Positions 25,560 to 39,234 of a stretch of DNA of 64,000 nt are shown one piece after another (within the stretch, counting starts at the first letter, position 1; each line of letters starts with the position of its first letter). Location: positions 82,586,001-82,650,000 of the forward strand of contig CM052817.1 of NCBI GenBank assembly GCA_028534125.1, written 5' to 3'. The notes below the pieces were generated by a model, which worked only from the letters and a program-made list of their open reading frames with translations, was not told the DNA's origin and did no database searches. The stretch comes from Lama glama. Its lineage: Eukaryota. The position numbers were made by a program, and so were the translations under genes.

Positions 25560-26950
25560 GTCAAAAATCTATCAAAACCCATAGAACTCAGTGACATAAA
25601 GAGTAAAACTTAACAATGCAAATTTTAAAAAACAATCACTTAGGAGGTCAGAGGATCGTAAGACAGACATATTTACACTGGGATTGAACAATTTAGTAAA
25701 TCTATGGCAAATGAAGGGATTCAGATTTCTCACTGTTGGCATGGGAGGCAATATTTAAGCAAAGGGAAGAGGCTGGGATGATCCATGTGGTAATGGATTA
25801 GAGGTATAGACATCAGTATGAACTCATGTTCAGCTTAATATAAATATAGCTGGTTACATATAGAAATATTTATAGAGATATGTATATACACGGGTGAGTA
25901 CACACACATCCATTTCCCTGCTTTGCCAGCTGAGAGACCCAAAAGCAAGAACTCATAACAGCAGAGACCACACCTACCTTTTAATACCATTCTCCAATAA
26001 AAAGAACCATGACTTCTTGGAGAAATGGTTGATTCTAGGACTAGGGCAGGAAATACACAGGATGAGCCTCAAAATTGTGTACGGCCAGAAAGTAAGGAAG
26101 TGTTCAAAGTAAGCAAACTGTACAATCATAGAGGTATGTCAAAGGAAAGCAAGATTCATTAAAAGAGCTTCCAGATGGCCAAAGATGGAATAATTTGTGC
26201 AACAAAATAAGTAAAACATTACTGGATTATAGCTCAAAGTTTAAAATACATACTTAGATTTCAACTGATACAAATGATTGAATAAATAAATACATAGGCA
26301 ACAGACAAATCTCCCATGCCAAAGAATTATAAATAATTTATGAAATTTTATGCTCATGGAGGTGAAGTATAATTGCCCCTTCTTTAAGCTTGAGCTACAC
26401 ATAGTGACTGATGCCCAAAGATCACAGTATGGAAAGGGAGGATACAAGAGTAACTATATAATAGTGAAAGCTAACAACACCTCAACCAGCTTGTCAAGAT
26501 TGGTATCAATATTACAAGCCATATTGATAGTATATACACTTGATATGATATGATTAAAATGGCATGTTAGTTTGTGGTCTTCCTTCCCCAAACTCATAAC
26601 CTAGCATAATCATGAGGAAAAATAAGACAAATCTTAGTTGAGAGACATTCTATAAAATAACTGACCAGTAGGCCTTCAAACTGGTGAGGTCATCAAAAAA
26701 CAAGAACTAAATGTAGTGTGAATCCTAGACGAAATCTTAGAACAAAAAAGGAATACTAGGCAAAAACTAAGGAAATCTGAATAAAGTGTGGACGTTAGTT
26801 AATAATACTGAACCAGTACTACTTATTTGATTGTGGCAAATACACCATACTGATATCAGATGTTAAAAATAGGGGAAACTATATATGGTGTAAATGGAAA
26901 CTCTGTACTATTTTTGCTATATTTCTAAAATAAAAATTTTAGTAATTTAA
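25560..26950 (+). mobile_element. Old L1MC/L1MD-type long 3' UTR
   Basis: caaaacccatagaact..., gatttctcactgttgg, ccatgtggtaatggattagag, ttctccaataaaaagaacca, ggaaatctgaataaagtgtggac, tggaaactctgtacta. Confidence 0.85.
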
Positions 26951-27189
26951 AGTAAAACCTGTAAGAAATATATTCTGACAGGCAAATTATTTAAAAAAAA
27001 AACTACACACTCAATAGGATATTCAAGTTTTTTTCACTCTTGAAAAAACACGTGGCATTTTTGAGCAGGATTTCTATAGTATATATTTAGAGGTTGTTTC
27101 AGAGGTATTACAATATATGTTAAAAAGTTAGCATGCTTTCTAGGGAGAATAAATGTATGGATTTATGTTCAAGTTAAATAAAATATACC

Positions 27190-27400
27190 TTTAATTTCTA
27201 AAGAGCTTTGCAGTTCACTGTGGGATTTCATATAGTCTCTCACTTCTTGTAAAGAAGGTCGAAAAAATATTGCATTAATAAATGTATAATGAGCAAACTA
27301 AAGCTCAGATACATTAAATGGCATGTTAGTGCCATAACAGAGTTAGCACATGGCAGGGACAGATCACGGAAATGATCTCCAGTTCACTGATTTATTTTTC
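27190..27400 (-). mobile_element. MIR fragment
   Basis: atgagcaaactaaagctcagat...cagagttag...tggcagggac is a degenerate antisense MIR core. Confidence 0.5.
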
Positions 27401-27492
27401 AACTTTGCCCTGAAAAAACATCTAGTCCTTTGTCAAAGACATGTTAAGAGCATTGGAATTTACTCCAGCTGCCTTTAAAGAGAAAAAGGTTA

Positions 27493-28510
27493 TGCAAATG
27501 AAACTGACAAAGGCTTGATCTCCAGAATATATAAGCAGCTCATATGACTTAATAAGAAAAAAACAAACAACCCAATCCAAAAATGGGCAGAAGGCCTAAA
27601 CAAACAATTCCCCAAGGAAGACATACAAATGATCAATAGGCACATGAAAAAATGCTCAAAATCACTAATTATCAGAGAAACGCAAATCAAAACTACAATG
27701 AGGTATCAACTCACACCAGTCAGAATGGCCATTATTCAAAAGTCCACAAATGACAAATGCTGGAGAGGCTGTGGAGAAAGGGGAACCCTCCTGCACTGCT
27801 GGTGGGGATGCAGTTTGGTGCAACCACTATGGAAAACAGTATGGAGATTCCTCAAAAGACTAGGAAATAGACTTACCATTTGACCCAGGAATCCTGCTCC
27901 TGGGCATATATCCAGAAGGAACCCTGCTTCAAAATGACAACTGCACTCCAATGTTCATAGCAGCACTATTTACAAAAGCCAAGACATAGAAACAGCCTAA
28001 ATGTCCATCAACAGATGACTGAATAAAGAAGAGGTAGTATATTTATACAATGGAATGCTATTCAGCCATATAAACGGACAACATGACGCCATTTGCAGCA
28101 ACATGCATGTTCCTGGAGATAAGTGAAGTAAGCTAGAAAGAGAAAGAAAAATACCATATGAGATCACTCATATGTGGAATCTAAAAAAAAAAAAAAAACA
28201 TAAATACAAAACAGAAACAGACTCATAGACATAGAATACAAACTTGTGGTTGCCAAGTGGGGGACGTGGGAAGGGACAGACTGGAAGTTCAAAATTTGTA
28301 GATACTGACAGGCATATATAGATTAGATAAACAAGATTATACGGTATAGCACAGGGAAATATATACAAGATCTTGTGGTAGCTTACAGCAAAAAAAAAAG
28401 TGACAATGAATATATATATGTTCATGTATAACTGAAAAATTGTGCTCTACACTGGAATTTAACACAACATTGTAAAATGACTATAACTCAATAAAAAATA
28501 TTTAAAGAAA
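27493..28510 (+). mobile_element. Young camelid-type L1, 5'-truncated, 16-bp TSD
   Basis: ORF 27629-27883 reads [33 protein letters not shown]...[19 protein letters not shown] aaagagaaaaaggtta (27477-27492) and aaagagaacaaggtta (28511-28526). Confidence 0.96.
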
Positions 28511-29746
28511 AAAGAGAACAAGGTTAAATGATGTTCAACTACAATTAAGAATAAAATATAACCGCATTTTCTCTCTGCCTTCTTTCATTGTTAGAGGCTA
28601 ATTTTATCTTAACTTAAAAAGGAAAAAACTTTTCTCCAGATGGTTTTCGTTCCAGGACTGTGGATCATGCTAAAGCTACAGATGCCCAGCCTAGGAACTG
28701 ACCTGTCTGTGCACCCCAAGACCTGCATGCAATGAAGAGAAGTCCAGGAATCCCAGTCTTCTCTGTATACTGAATGCGAAGATTTCAGACCCACTGATGA
28801 CATCCCTACTTCTCTTTGCTTCTGGTACCCAATACTGACTTCTAATATTTTGGCTTCTATCTTAGCCTGACAAAAGGAAGTACTCAGCTTCAATTAAAGC
28901 CGAACTTTACAATCCCTTGGAAATGGTGGTATACTTGCCCTTTCTCTCCTCTTTTTACTATTGTTCTGCCCGCCTGGCATCTATCTATTCTCCTTCTAGT
29001 AATTCCCTTTGGTGACGTAACTTCCGCACAATTTTCCTATTGATAGGACAGAATGACCAAAGGCTCCAGATGCAGTGTTTGTCACATGACCCAAATCTAG
29101 CTGACCAGCTTCTTTCTTCCCTGTAGCAATAGGAATTATTTCAGGAACTGACATATAATAAGAATTGATCTGATGCAAGGCAATCCTCAAATTTGTAGGA
29201 ATTAAATGACAAAGAGTTTTTCATACTGCAGTTGCTTCACCCAACCCCAAGTTTTATTGAGGGATAATTAATGTACTATAAAATATATTTTGCATTGTAA
29301 ATGCACAATCCAGTGGTTTCAACAAAACAACTGAATGCAGCAACCATCACTGACATCTGTTAGAACATTTCCACCACCCCAAATAGTTACCTTGTACCTG
29401 TATGCAGTTAATCCTTTCCTACCTGCAGCCCTAGATAACCACTAATCTGCTTTCTGACTGTAAATTTGCTTTTTCTGTATATTTCATATTATTGGAATCA
29501 AAGCAACATGTGGTCTTTTGCATCTGGCTTCTTTTACTGATAAAATATTTATTATTTGATTTTTGAGATTCATTCACATTGTGGCATTTATCAATAGTTT
29601 ACCTTTTATTGATAAGTAGTTCTATTATATTGATATACCACATTTGTTTCTCTGTGCACAATCTGATAGACATTTGGAGTATTTCCTGGTTTGGCTCCTA
29701 TGAGTAATGCTGCTATGAACATTTACCTACAAATCTCATGTGGACT

Positions 29747-29800
29747 ATATATATATATATATATTTTTTTTATATTTTATATATATATATATTTTTTTAT

Positions 29801-29835
<35 letters not shown>
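29747..29835. repeat. Compound (TA)n-Tn microsatellite with a duplicated unit of about 30 bp
   Basis: (ta)n-Tn-atatttta occurs twice, followed by (ta)n and a long T run. Confidence 0.9.
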
Positions 29836-30427
29836 AGTTTACTTGGTTAGATTCCTAGGAGTGGAATTACCGGGTTGTATAGAAAGCATATTTTAACATT
29901 TTCAGAAACTGCTGAACTATTTTTCTGAAGTGGCTGTGTCATTAACATTATCCTCAGCAATGTACAAGGTTCCAGTTGTTCCACAGCCTTGCCAACACCT
30001 GGTACTGTTCATGTTTAGTACAGGTTTTCTAGTGAGTAGCTGAAGTAGTATCTCATTGTGGTACTGGCATTTCTCTAATGGCTAAGAATTTCGAATAACT
30101 TTTCCTATGCTTATTAGCCATTTTATTTCTTCTTTAATAAAATCTACCTTTAAATAACTTGAACATTTTCTAACAGTTTGTCACATTATCATGCCAAGTC
30201 TTGTTCATATTTTCTAAATTCAAATTCTTTATCAGATGTGTAATTTGCAAGTATTTCCCCCAGTGTAAGCTTGTCTTAATTTTCTTGATGGTGTCTTTTG
30301 AAATACAGAAGTTTCCAATTATGACAAAGTCAATTTATTTTGTTTTTTCCCTTAGGAATCTTGTTTTTGGTACCGTATCTAAGAGCCCTTGACTGGCCAA
30401 ATTTCATGAAGATTTTCTCCTATGTTT

Positions 30428-31622
30428 ACTCAGCAATAGAAATAAAAGCAAAAATAAACAAATCTGACCTAATTAAACTTACAAGCTTTTGCACAGCAAA
30501 GGAAAACATAAGTAAAACAAAATGACAACCTATGGAATGGGAGAAAATATTAGCAAATGAGGTGACTGACAAAGGTTTAATTTCCAGGATATATAAACAG
30601 CTCATACAACTTAATAACAAAAAACAAATAACCTAATCCAAAAATGGACAGAAGACATAAACAAGCAATTCTCCAATGAAGACATACAAATGGTCAACAG
30701 GCACATGAAAAAATGCTCCATATTGCTAATTACCAGAGAAATGCAAATCAAAACTACAATGAGGTATCACCTCACACCAGTCAGAATAGCCATCATTCAG
30801 AAGTCCACAAATGATAAACACTGGAGAGGCTGTGGACAAAAGGGAACCCTACTACACTGTTGGTGGGAATGTAATTTGGTGCAGCCATTATGACAAACAG
30901 TATGGGGATTCCTCAAAAGACTAAAAACAGACTTACCGTATGATCCAGCAATCCTACTCCTAGGCATATATCCAGAGGGAACCTTAATTCAAAATCCCCA
31001 GTGTTCACAGCAGTACTATTTACAATAGCCAAGACATGGAACCAACCTAAATGTCCATCGACAGATGACTGGATAAAGAAGCTGTGGTGTACTTATACAA
31101 TGGAATACTACTCAGCCATAAAAAATAATGCTATTTACAGGAACAGGGATGGACCTAGAAATTGTCATTCTAAGTGAAGTAAGCCAGAAAGAGAAAGAAG
31201 AATACCATGTGATATCACTCATGTGGTATCTAAAAAAAAAACAAAAAAAAGGAACACTGTGAGCTCATCTTCAAAACAGAAACAGACTCACAGACTTGGT
31301 AAACAGTCTTATGTTTACCGGGGAAAGGGGGTGGGAGGGGATAAATTTGGGAGTTTGAGAGTTATAAATCTTATCTACTATATATAAAAATAGATTTAAG
31401 AAAAGTTTCTTTTGTCTAGCACCAGGAACTATGTTCGATATCTTGTAATAACCTTTAATACAAAAAATATGAAAATCAATATATGTATGTATATGCATGA
31501 CTGGGATACTGTGCTCTACACCAGAGATAGACACACTGTAATAGACTGTCCTGCAATAAGAAATTAATTTAAGAAAAAGTCCATCAATGATGAATGCTGG
31601 CGAGGGTGTGGAGAAACGCAGA
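30428..31622 (+). mobile_element. Young camelid-type L1 with an extra L1 ORF2 fragment after its A tail
   Basis: ORF 30690-30893 reads [33 protein letters not shown]...[12 protein letters not shown]. Tail at about 31555-31575, then aaaagtccatcaatgatgaatgctggcgagggtgtggagaaa. Confidence 0.93.
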
Positions 31623-34399
31623 CTCTCCTATGGTTTAATCTAAATTTGTATTTTTAGCTCTTAATTTAGCTCATGCTATTAGCTATTTTTTCTATATGCT
31701 ATGGGATAAAAGTCTAGATTATTTTTTAATTTGGATATCCAATTTTCCCTGAATCATTTGTTGAAAATAATATTTCCCACTGCCTTGTCTTGAAGAGTTT
31801 TTTTGAAATCAATTAACCATAAATGTAAAATTTGTTACTGGATTCTCAATTCTGCTTGATTTGTTTCTGTTTCTATTCTATGCCAGTACCACATTGTGTT
31901 TATTGCCGTGGCTTCATACTAAGTTTTGAAATTGAGGAGTAAGTCAGTTCTCCAACTTTGTTCTTGTTTTAAAAATGTTGTTTTGGCTATTTTAGACCCT
32001 TTTAATTTCCATACAAATTTTAAGACCAGCTGGTAAATTTCTACAAAATAAGCCTGCTAGAATTTTGGTAAGAATTTCAGTGAATTAATAGATTGACCTA
32101 CAGAGACTTGTCATCTCAAATATATTATTCCAATATATGAAATTAGATCATATCTCCATTAGATCTTAATTTCTTTCTGAAATATTTCATAGAATGCAGT
32201 GTAAAAATCTTGCATTTCCTTTGTTAAATGTATTTCTAAGTATTTATATCCTTTTTGATACTACTGTGAGTGGTATATTTTAAATTTCATTTTCAGATTA
32301 TTCCTTGCTAGGATTTAGAAATATGAATGATTTTAAAATATTGATCTTATATGCTGCTAATGAGGTAGACCAATTTATTCTTTTTCAGGTATTTTTGTGT
32401 ATGTCTAAGATGTGTGTGTGTGTGTGCGTGTGTGGTGTATTCCTTGAATTATCTGCCTATTAGATCATGTAATTTGCACTCCACCCCCCCAAAAAAAAGA
32501 CAGATTTACTTTTTTCTTTCTAATCCAGATGCCTTTAATCTCTCTCTCTTTCTCTCCTGCCCTACTTCTTACACGTGCATGCAACTTATTGTATTGCTTA
32601 GAACTTCTAGCATTATATTAAATAGAATGGGCACAATGGACATCCTTGTTTCATTCCCTTTCTTAAGAGATAGAGAGCTTTTCTTTTTCACCATTAAGTG
32701 TGGTTTTAGGTGTGCGTTTGACATAGTTCCTTCTGGATATAGTTTTTGTTACTAATTCAGTTTTCTTACTGGTTAATTACCTATTCAAATTTTTATATTC
32801 TTCTTGAATCAGGTTTGGTAGTTTTTAATCTTTCTAGAAATGTTCCCACTTTATTAAATTTGCTAATTAGTTGTCCATACAATCCTTTAACTTCTGTAGG
32901 GTCAGCAGTGATGTACCCTCTCTCATTCTTGATTTTTGTAATTTGTATCACCCATCTTTCTTTCTTGGTCAGTCAGACTAAAGGTTTGTCAGTTTTGTTC
33001 ATCTTTACAAAAAGCTCATGTTGGTTTTATTTATTTTTTTCTATTGTTTCTGTCTTTTCTATTTCAGCAATTACTGCTCTAATTGTTACAATTTTCTTTC
33101 TTCTGCTTATTTTGGATTTAGTTTACTCTTCTTTTTCTCTAATTTCTTAATATGGATGAGATACTTCTAATATAGGCATTTAGAAATATTAATTTTCCTC
33201 TAAATATTGCTTTAGTTCCATAAATTTCAAAATGTGGCACTTACATTTTTATTCATTCCAAAGTATTGTTCAGTTTCATTTGGAGACATACTCTGTGAAT
33301 CATGAGTTGTTTAGTATTATGCTCTATATTTTCAAATATCTGGGGATTTCCTAAATTTCTTTCTAATGTTCATATATGGGTAAGAGGACATATTTTGTGT
33401 GCTTGTATAATTAATTTGATTATTTCAAAGATACTGAAATGCCTAGTATGTAGTCTATTCTGAAAAATGTCTCATGTATGGTATATTTAGTTGTTACTAA
33501 TAGATTATGTTCAACTAATAGGTTAAAATTTCTATGGGTGTTAGTTGTATGAATCTGTATTATAATAGAATCCTCCTTACTATATGAAAGAATGTAAAAC
33601 ATTATAGTATATGTAAGCCACTATAAATAACATGAATTACTTGGTTATTTGTTCTTAACTAATGGTGTAATATCCTTATATTTTGAAAGTATTAATTCTG
33701 CCCTTACCACTGTACAGTGAAAACAGTAGGTGTATAAAATGCCTTGTCTTAATTTAACTGTAATTGTCTTATGTAACAGTTTCATGATATTAAAGCAAAA
33801 TAAGCTATACATTACATTTTCTAACACAGTGAGACACTCTAGGCAGCATATGCAATATACACTTTCTTTAGAGACCTTGTGGGAATATGCACACACTATT
33901 GTGCATGTGGTATATTCATTCATGACATATGCCCTTGATTTATTGGTGGCAACTCAGCAAGTAGGTTTATGTTATATAGGTTCATGAAGCAGAATGGTAA
34001 AGGTAATGAAGTAGCTTTAACAGTTCATGGACCAAATTAGAATGGGAGATTGCTTATCAGGGGTGCCATTGTTGTTGCAAAAATTCTCACAAATGTATCC
34101 ATATCAGCTATTTAAATCCTTAGTTAACATTTCTGGAAGCTAATGATTCTTAGAAAGACATTTTCACAGATATACTAGTGCTTAATATGAATGTTTGCGG
34201 ATTTTGTTAATAATATGATAAGGTGTTTTAAAAGTTCTTGGGAAATACTGATTCCAGTTACAGAAACACTTTTATGGGGTCAACAATTTTATTTCTGTTG
34301 TAAAATAAATAATAATTAAAATATTGAGGGAACATTTTGAGTGTTACTGCTTTTGTAATGTGTAAAAGCAAGGTTCTAGCATAAATTACCAGTAAAGCT

Positions 34400-34770
34400 T
34401 TTTTGTTGTTGTTACAGATATTGACTATATTCCCCACAGTGTACATTTAATACTCATGACATTTATTTGCAACTGGAGGTTTGTACCTCTTAATCTCCCT
34501 CACCTACTTCTTTCCTCCCCAACTGCCCCTCCCTTCTGGTGACCACCTGTTTGTTCTCAGTATGTAAAACTGTTTCTCTTTTACTATGTTTGTTCATTTT
34601 TGTTTTTTAGATTCTATGTATAAGTGAAATCGTATAGTATTTGTCTTTCTCTGTCAGACTTTACTCAGCATAAATAACATGTAGGTCCATCCACATTGTC
34701 ACAAATGGCAAGATTTTATTCTTTTTAATGGCAAAATAATATTCCACTGCATATATAGATACCACATTTA
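34400..34770 (-). mobile_element. L1 3' end (L1MA/cetartiodactyl-type)
   Basis: tttgtacctctt...cttctggtgaccacctgtttgttctc...ttttagattctatgtataagtgaaatc...gtccatccacattgtcacaaatggcaagattt. Confidence 0.85.
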
Positions 34771-35174
34771 AAGGTTTTAAAACTTTCCACATTTGTTTAG
34801 ATGCAATAGGTTTTTGATGGGAAAAGCAATATTTGTATAACTTTTTTTTTTAGCTTTTACTATATTTCGTCACTTTTCTGGTACAGTTTCTGCTATAAGT
34901 ACTTTAAACTGTTGGCAGAAGCTGAGTTACAGTAATCTCCTTAGTGTTTGCCACTCCTTGGAAATTAAAACATGGCTTCAGGTATACTATTACTGCTATT
35001 TATTTGTACTTGATGACATTTTATACACTTGAAATAAGGAATGTCTGAATAAATAACATGATTTTCTCTGGCATTTCTCCACAAATATTCTGCCTAACAG
35101 AATATTTAAGAAAAATGCCCAGAGTCATATCCAAGTTTTGTATTTTGAAAGAACAAAAATAAGTTTAACACTTA

Positions 35175-36362
35175 CTTTTAAAGCCTTATTGAGATGTAAT
35201 TCACATGTCATAAAATTCACTCATTAAAATGTACAATTCAATGGTTTTTAGGATTTTCAAAAGTTATGCAAACTCTACTTTCTGTCTCCTAATCTAGACA
35301 TTTCATATAAATATAATTGTACACTATATAGTCCTTTGTGACTGAATTCTTTGACTTAACATGTTTTCAAACTTCATTTGTTTTGGAGAGCATAAAAGTA
35401 CTTCATTTTAATTGGTCAATATTTCATTGTATGCATATACAACATTTCATTTATATACGCCTCAGCTGATTGACATTTGAATGTCAATAGCTAACTTGGC
35501 TATTTTCAGAAATAATGCTGATATGAACATCTGTGCACAAGTTTCTCTGTGGACATGTCTTTTCAGTTTTCTTGGGTAAACACCTCGAAGTGGACTTGCT
35601 GGATCACATGGTGATTCTATGTTAAACATTTTGAGGAACTGCCAAACTCTCCTCCAAAGTGGCTGCACCATGTTATATTCTCATCTGCAATGTATAACAG
35701 CTCCAATTCCTCCAGTTCTTACAAACACTTGGTATTATCTGTCTTTTTGTTGTAGCCAACCTAGTGAGTGTGAAATAGTGTTTCATGGTGGGTTTGAGTT
35801 GCATTCAAGTGAGTCATGAACTTGTGCTTCCTTTCATGTGCTTTTTGGACATTTGTATATATTCTTTGGAGAAATGTCCGTTTCTACTTTATGTACTTTA
35901 AAAAACTGGATTATTTGTGTTTTTATTATTGTATTGTAACAGTAATTTAAATAATATGGATACAAGTCCCTTATCAAAAATTTTTTCAGCATTCTCTCAC
36001 ATTCTGTGAATTGTCTTCACTTTCCTGTTGTCTTTTAAAGCATACATGTTTTTAATTTTGTTGAATTCCAATTCATCTATTTTTATTTCCTTGCTTATGC
36101 TTTAGGTGCTGTATCTAACAAGGCTTTGTCTAACGCAAGTTCACAAAGATTTACTCCTATGCTTTCTTTTAACTGTTTCATATTTTCAGTTCTTACATGT
36201 TGGTCTAAAATCAATTTGGAGTTAAATTTTTATGTATAGCATAAGAAAGAGTCTCACTTCTTTTGCATGTGGATGTCCAGTTGTCCTAGAATCATTCGTT
36301 GAAAAGACCTATTATTCTTCCCTCATTGAATTTTTTTTGGCATACTTGAAAGTCAATTGACT
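35175..36362 (-). mobile_element. L1MB-type 3' region
   Basis: ttattgagatgtaattcacatgtcataaaattcac. ORF 35462-35671 reads MVQPLWRRVWQFLKMFNIESPCDPASPLRGVYPRKLK (ORF2 end). Confidence 0.9.
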
Positions 36363-36809
36363 ATCCTTTACTTTGTTTATAATCTCAAGTAGTAACTCTT
36401 CAACTGGACCTTATTTTTCTAATCTTAATTAAATGTACTGTTAATATTTGTCAAATGACTCTTGTATATAACATTTGATTTCTTGATTAATTTACTATCT
36501 TTTCCTTTATATACTATTTTACTTCTTGATTTAGTATCATAATGATTACATAGGTCAATTTTGTGCTGAATTTTAAGTGGTAGACTATGAGGTTATCATC
36601 TTCCTTGATAAATCAATCATCAGAGCACTCTGAATTTAAAAAAAAATTTAGAATCCTTTTGCCCTAGATTTTGCCAAATATGACAAAAATGTAAATTTCT
36701 ACTATAAATATAAGGCACATCTTAATCAAATTCCTGCTCAAAATCCATATTATCAAAATACATACTAGCTGGAAATACAAATATTTATAGAAAAATCACT
36801 TATCATATT

Positions 36810-37352
36810 TCCTGGTTGCCCAACATGCTGACAGATCCTAACCTTATTTGAAGAATTCTTAGCTTCACGATCCCATTTGCTCAAGGTAAATCAGAAACTT
36901 ATCCCCCTCCTTTCCAGCCAGTTCCTGGGTAGGCGAGTTCACACACAACAAGCAGACTTACTTGTTAGGATCTTTAAATTCTTAAGTAATTGAGGGACTT
37001 AAACACAGGACCTAATCCATTTGACTGGTTACAGTGGCAGCAGAAGCACAGGCATTGATGGGTCTCAGAGTTTGCAAAGTCTCCTGCCTTGCAGAGACGG
37101 TATCCACGGGGAGGCCACGGCTGCGTCTCCCCTGGAACTTGCCTGCTGCGTAGCAGCAGGACAGTGTTTTCCTCAAACTGGATCAGCAGTGAATGTTTTA
37201 TGGCATGTTTCCTATAAGTTTGCCCTTAAACCAGCTCTCTAGAAAATTCAACAATTCTGTAAACTGCTCAGATATTCTCTGGTAAATTCCTTTTCTGTTT
37301 AAAGAGACCAAGCAAATATTCTTGCTTTCAGCTGACAACCTGATTGATAAAA
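36810..37352 (+). mobile_element. Ancient ERVL LTR (LTR16-like)
   Basis: atccccctcctttccagcc near the start; ggtaaattccttttctgtttaaa...aacctgattgata at the end. Confidence 0.55.
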
Positions 37353-37853
37353 TACTCTATACCATCCTGGAGTAGATTGATAATAATCATTTATGAAGTC
37401 ATATTGTCAATTCACTAACAGAATTTAATTAAAATAGAATTTGCTGAAAAATATTATTTTAGTTACTGAGATGTCACAGAGGTTTTAAAGACAAGATCAT
37501 CTACTGAATTCTGCACCCTAAAGGATTCATGATGACCATGTGGATTTATACAAAGGTACCAATGTAAACTTTTAACTATAATTATAATATAATTAACTAA
37601 AAGACCATTGGAAAATGGCAAGAACTTAGACACAAATAATATTAAGACATTAACATTTTCAGGTGAGTTAGTATTTATGACCTTGGGATAAGAGCTTCTG
37701 GTTATTTCTGTAGACTCACAAAACAGAATTTGGGTCTTAGGTTTGCATTCCTCTGAATTCTTAAATAATATATTAGAGAAGTATAATCAACTTTAAATGT
37801 TTTCAATTCTAATCAGGAGTGCACAGAATTATACAGGTAGGCAAAAACCTAAA

Positions 37854-38017
37854 TATTTTTATTGCTCACTATACAGAAGACTTACACATATGTATAACTG
37901 GACTATTATGTTGTACACCAGAAATTGACACAACATTGTAAACTGATTATACTTCAATTAAAAAGTAAAATGAAAATGCAAAAGATAAAAATTTCTAAAA
38001 AATCAGACTCTTCTTGA
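37854..38017 (+). mobile_element. Short camelid-type L1 3' stub with TSD
   Basis: ttgtacaccagaaattgacacaacattgtaaactgattatacttcaatt. TSD aaaaacctaaa at 37843-37853 and 38018-38028. Confidence 0.85.
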
Positions 38018-38799
38018 AAAAACCTAAACTTTCTTCTTCCCATTCCTTCCTTCATTCCTCCCTCCTTCCCTCCCTTCCGTCTGTCCTTCTACAATATTTA
38101 TTACATGCCTGTGTGTCAGGTGAAGCGCAATGCATCACGCTAGTAGTTAACTTGATAAATTATGTCTCCACGCACATACACATAAAGTGTTCTAAAATCT
38201 TGTGATACTCCATTCCATGCTCTCTTTAATGTTGGTATGTGGCAGATATTTGTTTATATATATGAAGAGCTAAACAGGTCCACCAAGGTCTATAACGTTC
38301 TTATGTGTTCAGACACTTTTCAGGTATAGCTGCAATATTCAATACATCTAAACATTATATTGTCTCTTCCTTTCTACTGCTTGCCACACAGGACCTTCAG
38401 TATGAAATGGAAACCAAGGTCACAGATGGAAATGGTAACAGGATTCCTCAGCCTATAGATATGATCTCACTGGCAGCTTAGACTCCTCTTTTCCTGTACT
38501 ATTTGAAACTCCAGCCAAACTTTAGAGCCAATTATATATAGAAATGTAATATCAAGTTTATTTTTAGGGCAACCAGTGCACTTGGAGCCAAGTTTCACAA
38601 TGAGATTCTAACATGCCCTGAAGATTAACAGCAACTCTCAGGATGAGGTGAAATGATTTAATGCTCTTGAAAGTTATCAGTCAGAAGCTTTATAGTGAGT
38701 ATATAAAAATCTCATTCCCATTTCATCCTTGATTTCCATACTTCACTATTCTATTACTAAATTTTTGTTGTTCTTTAAAGGGAAAGAGAAGTATACAAT

Positions 38800-38955
38800 G
38801 AAGTAAAGGAATTAATATTTATGGACGGCAACTGTACTAGAACCTCTACTCACATTATCTTAGATAACTTTTAAGAAAAAAATATACGAGATAGGCATTC
38901 TAACTAATTTCCAGATGATGAAACAGACTGAGGTGAAGCACTGTATCTACACCAG
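38800..38955 (-). mobile_element. MIR
   Basis: aatatttatggac...ctgtactagaac...tttccagatgatgaaacagactgaggtgaag. Confidence 0.6.
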
Positions 38956-39234
38956 TAGAAAAATGTATCAATGTATCTTCCACCTATTCAGTTAAGCATT
39001 CAACAAATACTTACTCAACACATGATAGGAATAAAATATTTTCAACTTACACTGTAAACGCTATAATGAGATAATGTTTTTTGAATTATATTCTGCATAT
39101 TGTCATATTTTGAATTTACCACATCACCTCGTGTTTTCAGGGCTATTTTAAATAGATACGGTTGGGGCCTTTAATTTCATATACTTTGTTTCCATTGTTG
39201 GTGATAACTGTACCTAAATCTTGTTGTTGTTTCA

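Larger units (their letters stand above)
29250..33540 (-). mobile_element. Old L1M (about 3 kb of 3' UTR/ORF2), interrupted by a younger L1
   Basis: ttttattgagggataatt...caaccatcac...accactaatctgctttctg; tatgccagtaccaca; tccaactttgttctt; tttcttggtcagtc...aaggtttgtc (antisense L1 ORF2). Confidence 0.88.

Noticed and set aside
28640..29200. Possible ancient LTR (gtcacatgacccaaatctagctgaccag)
   Set aside because: Only one short MLT/LTR-like motif; family and boundaries cannot be supported.
32746..33150. 134-aa hydrophobic ORF resembling a membrane protein
   Set aside because: It is the antisense reading of an A-rich old L1 ORF2; the hydrophobicity comes from T-richness.
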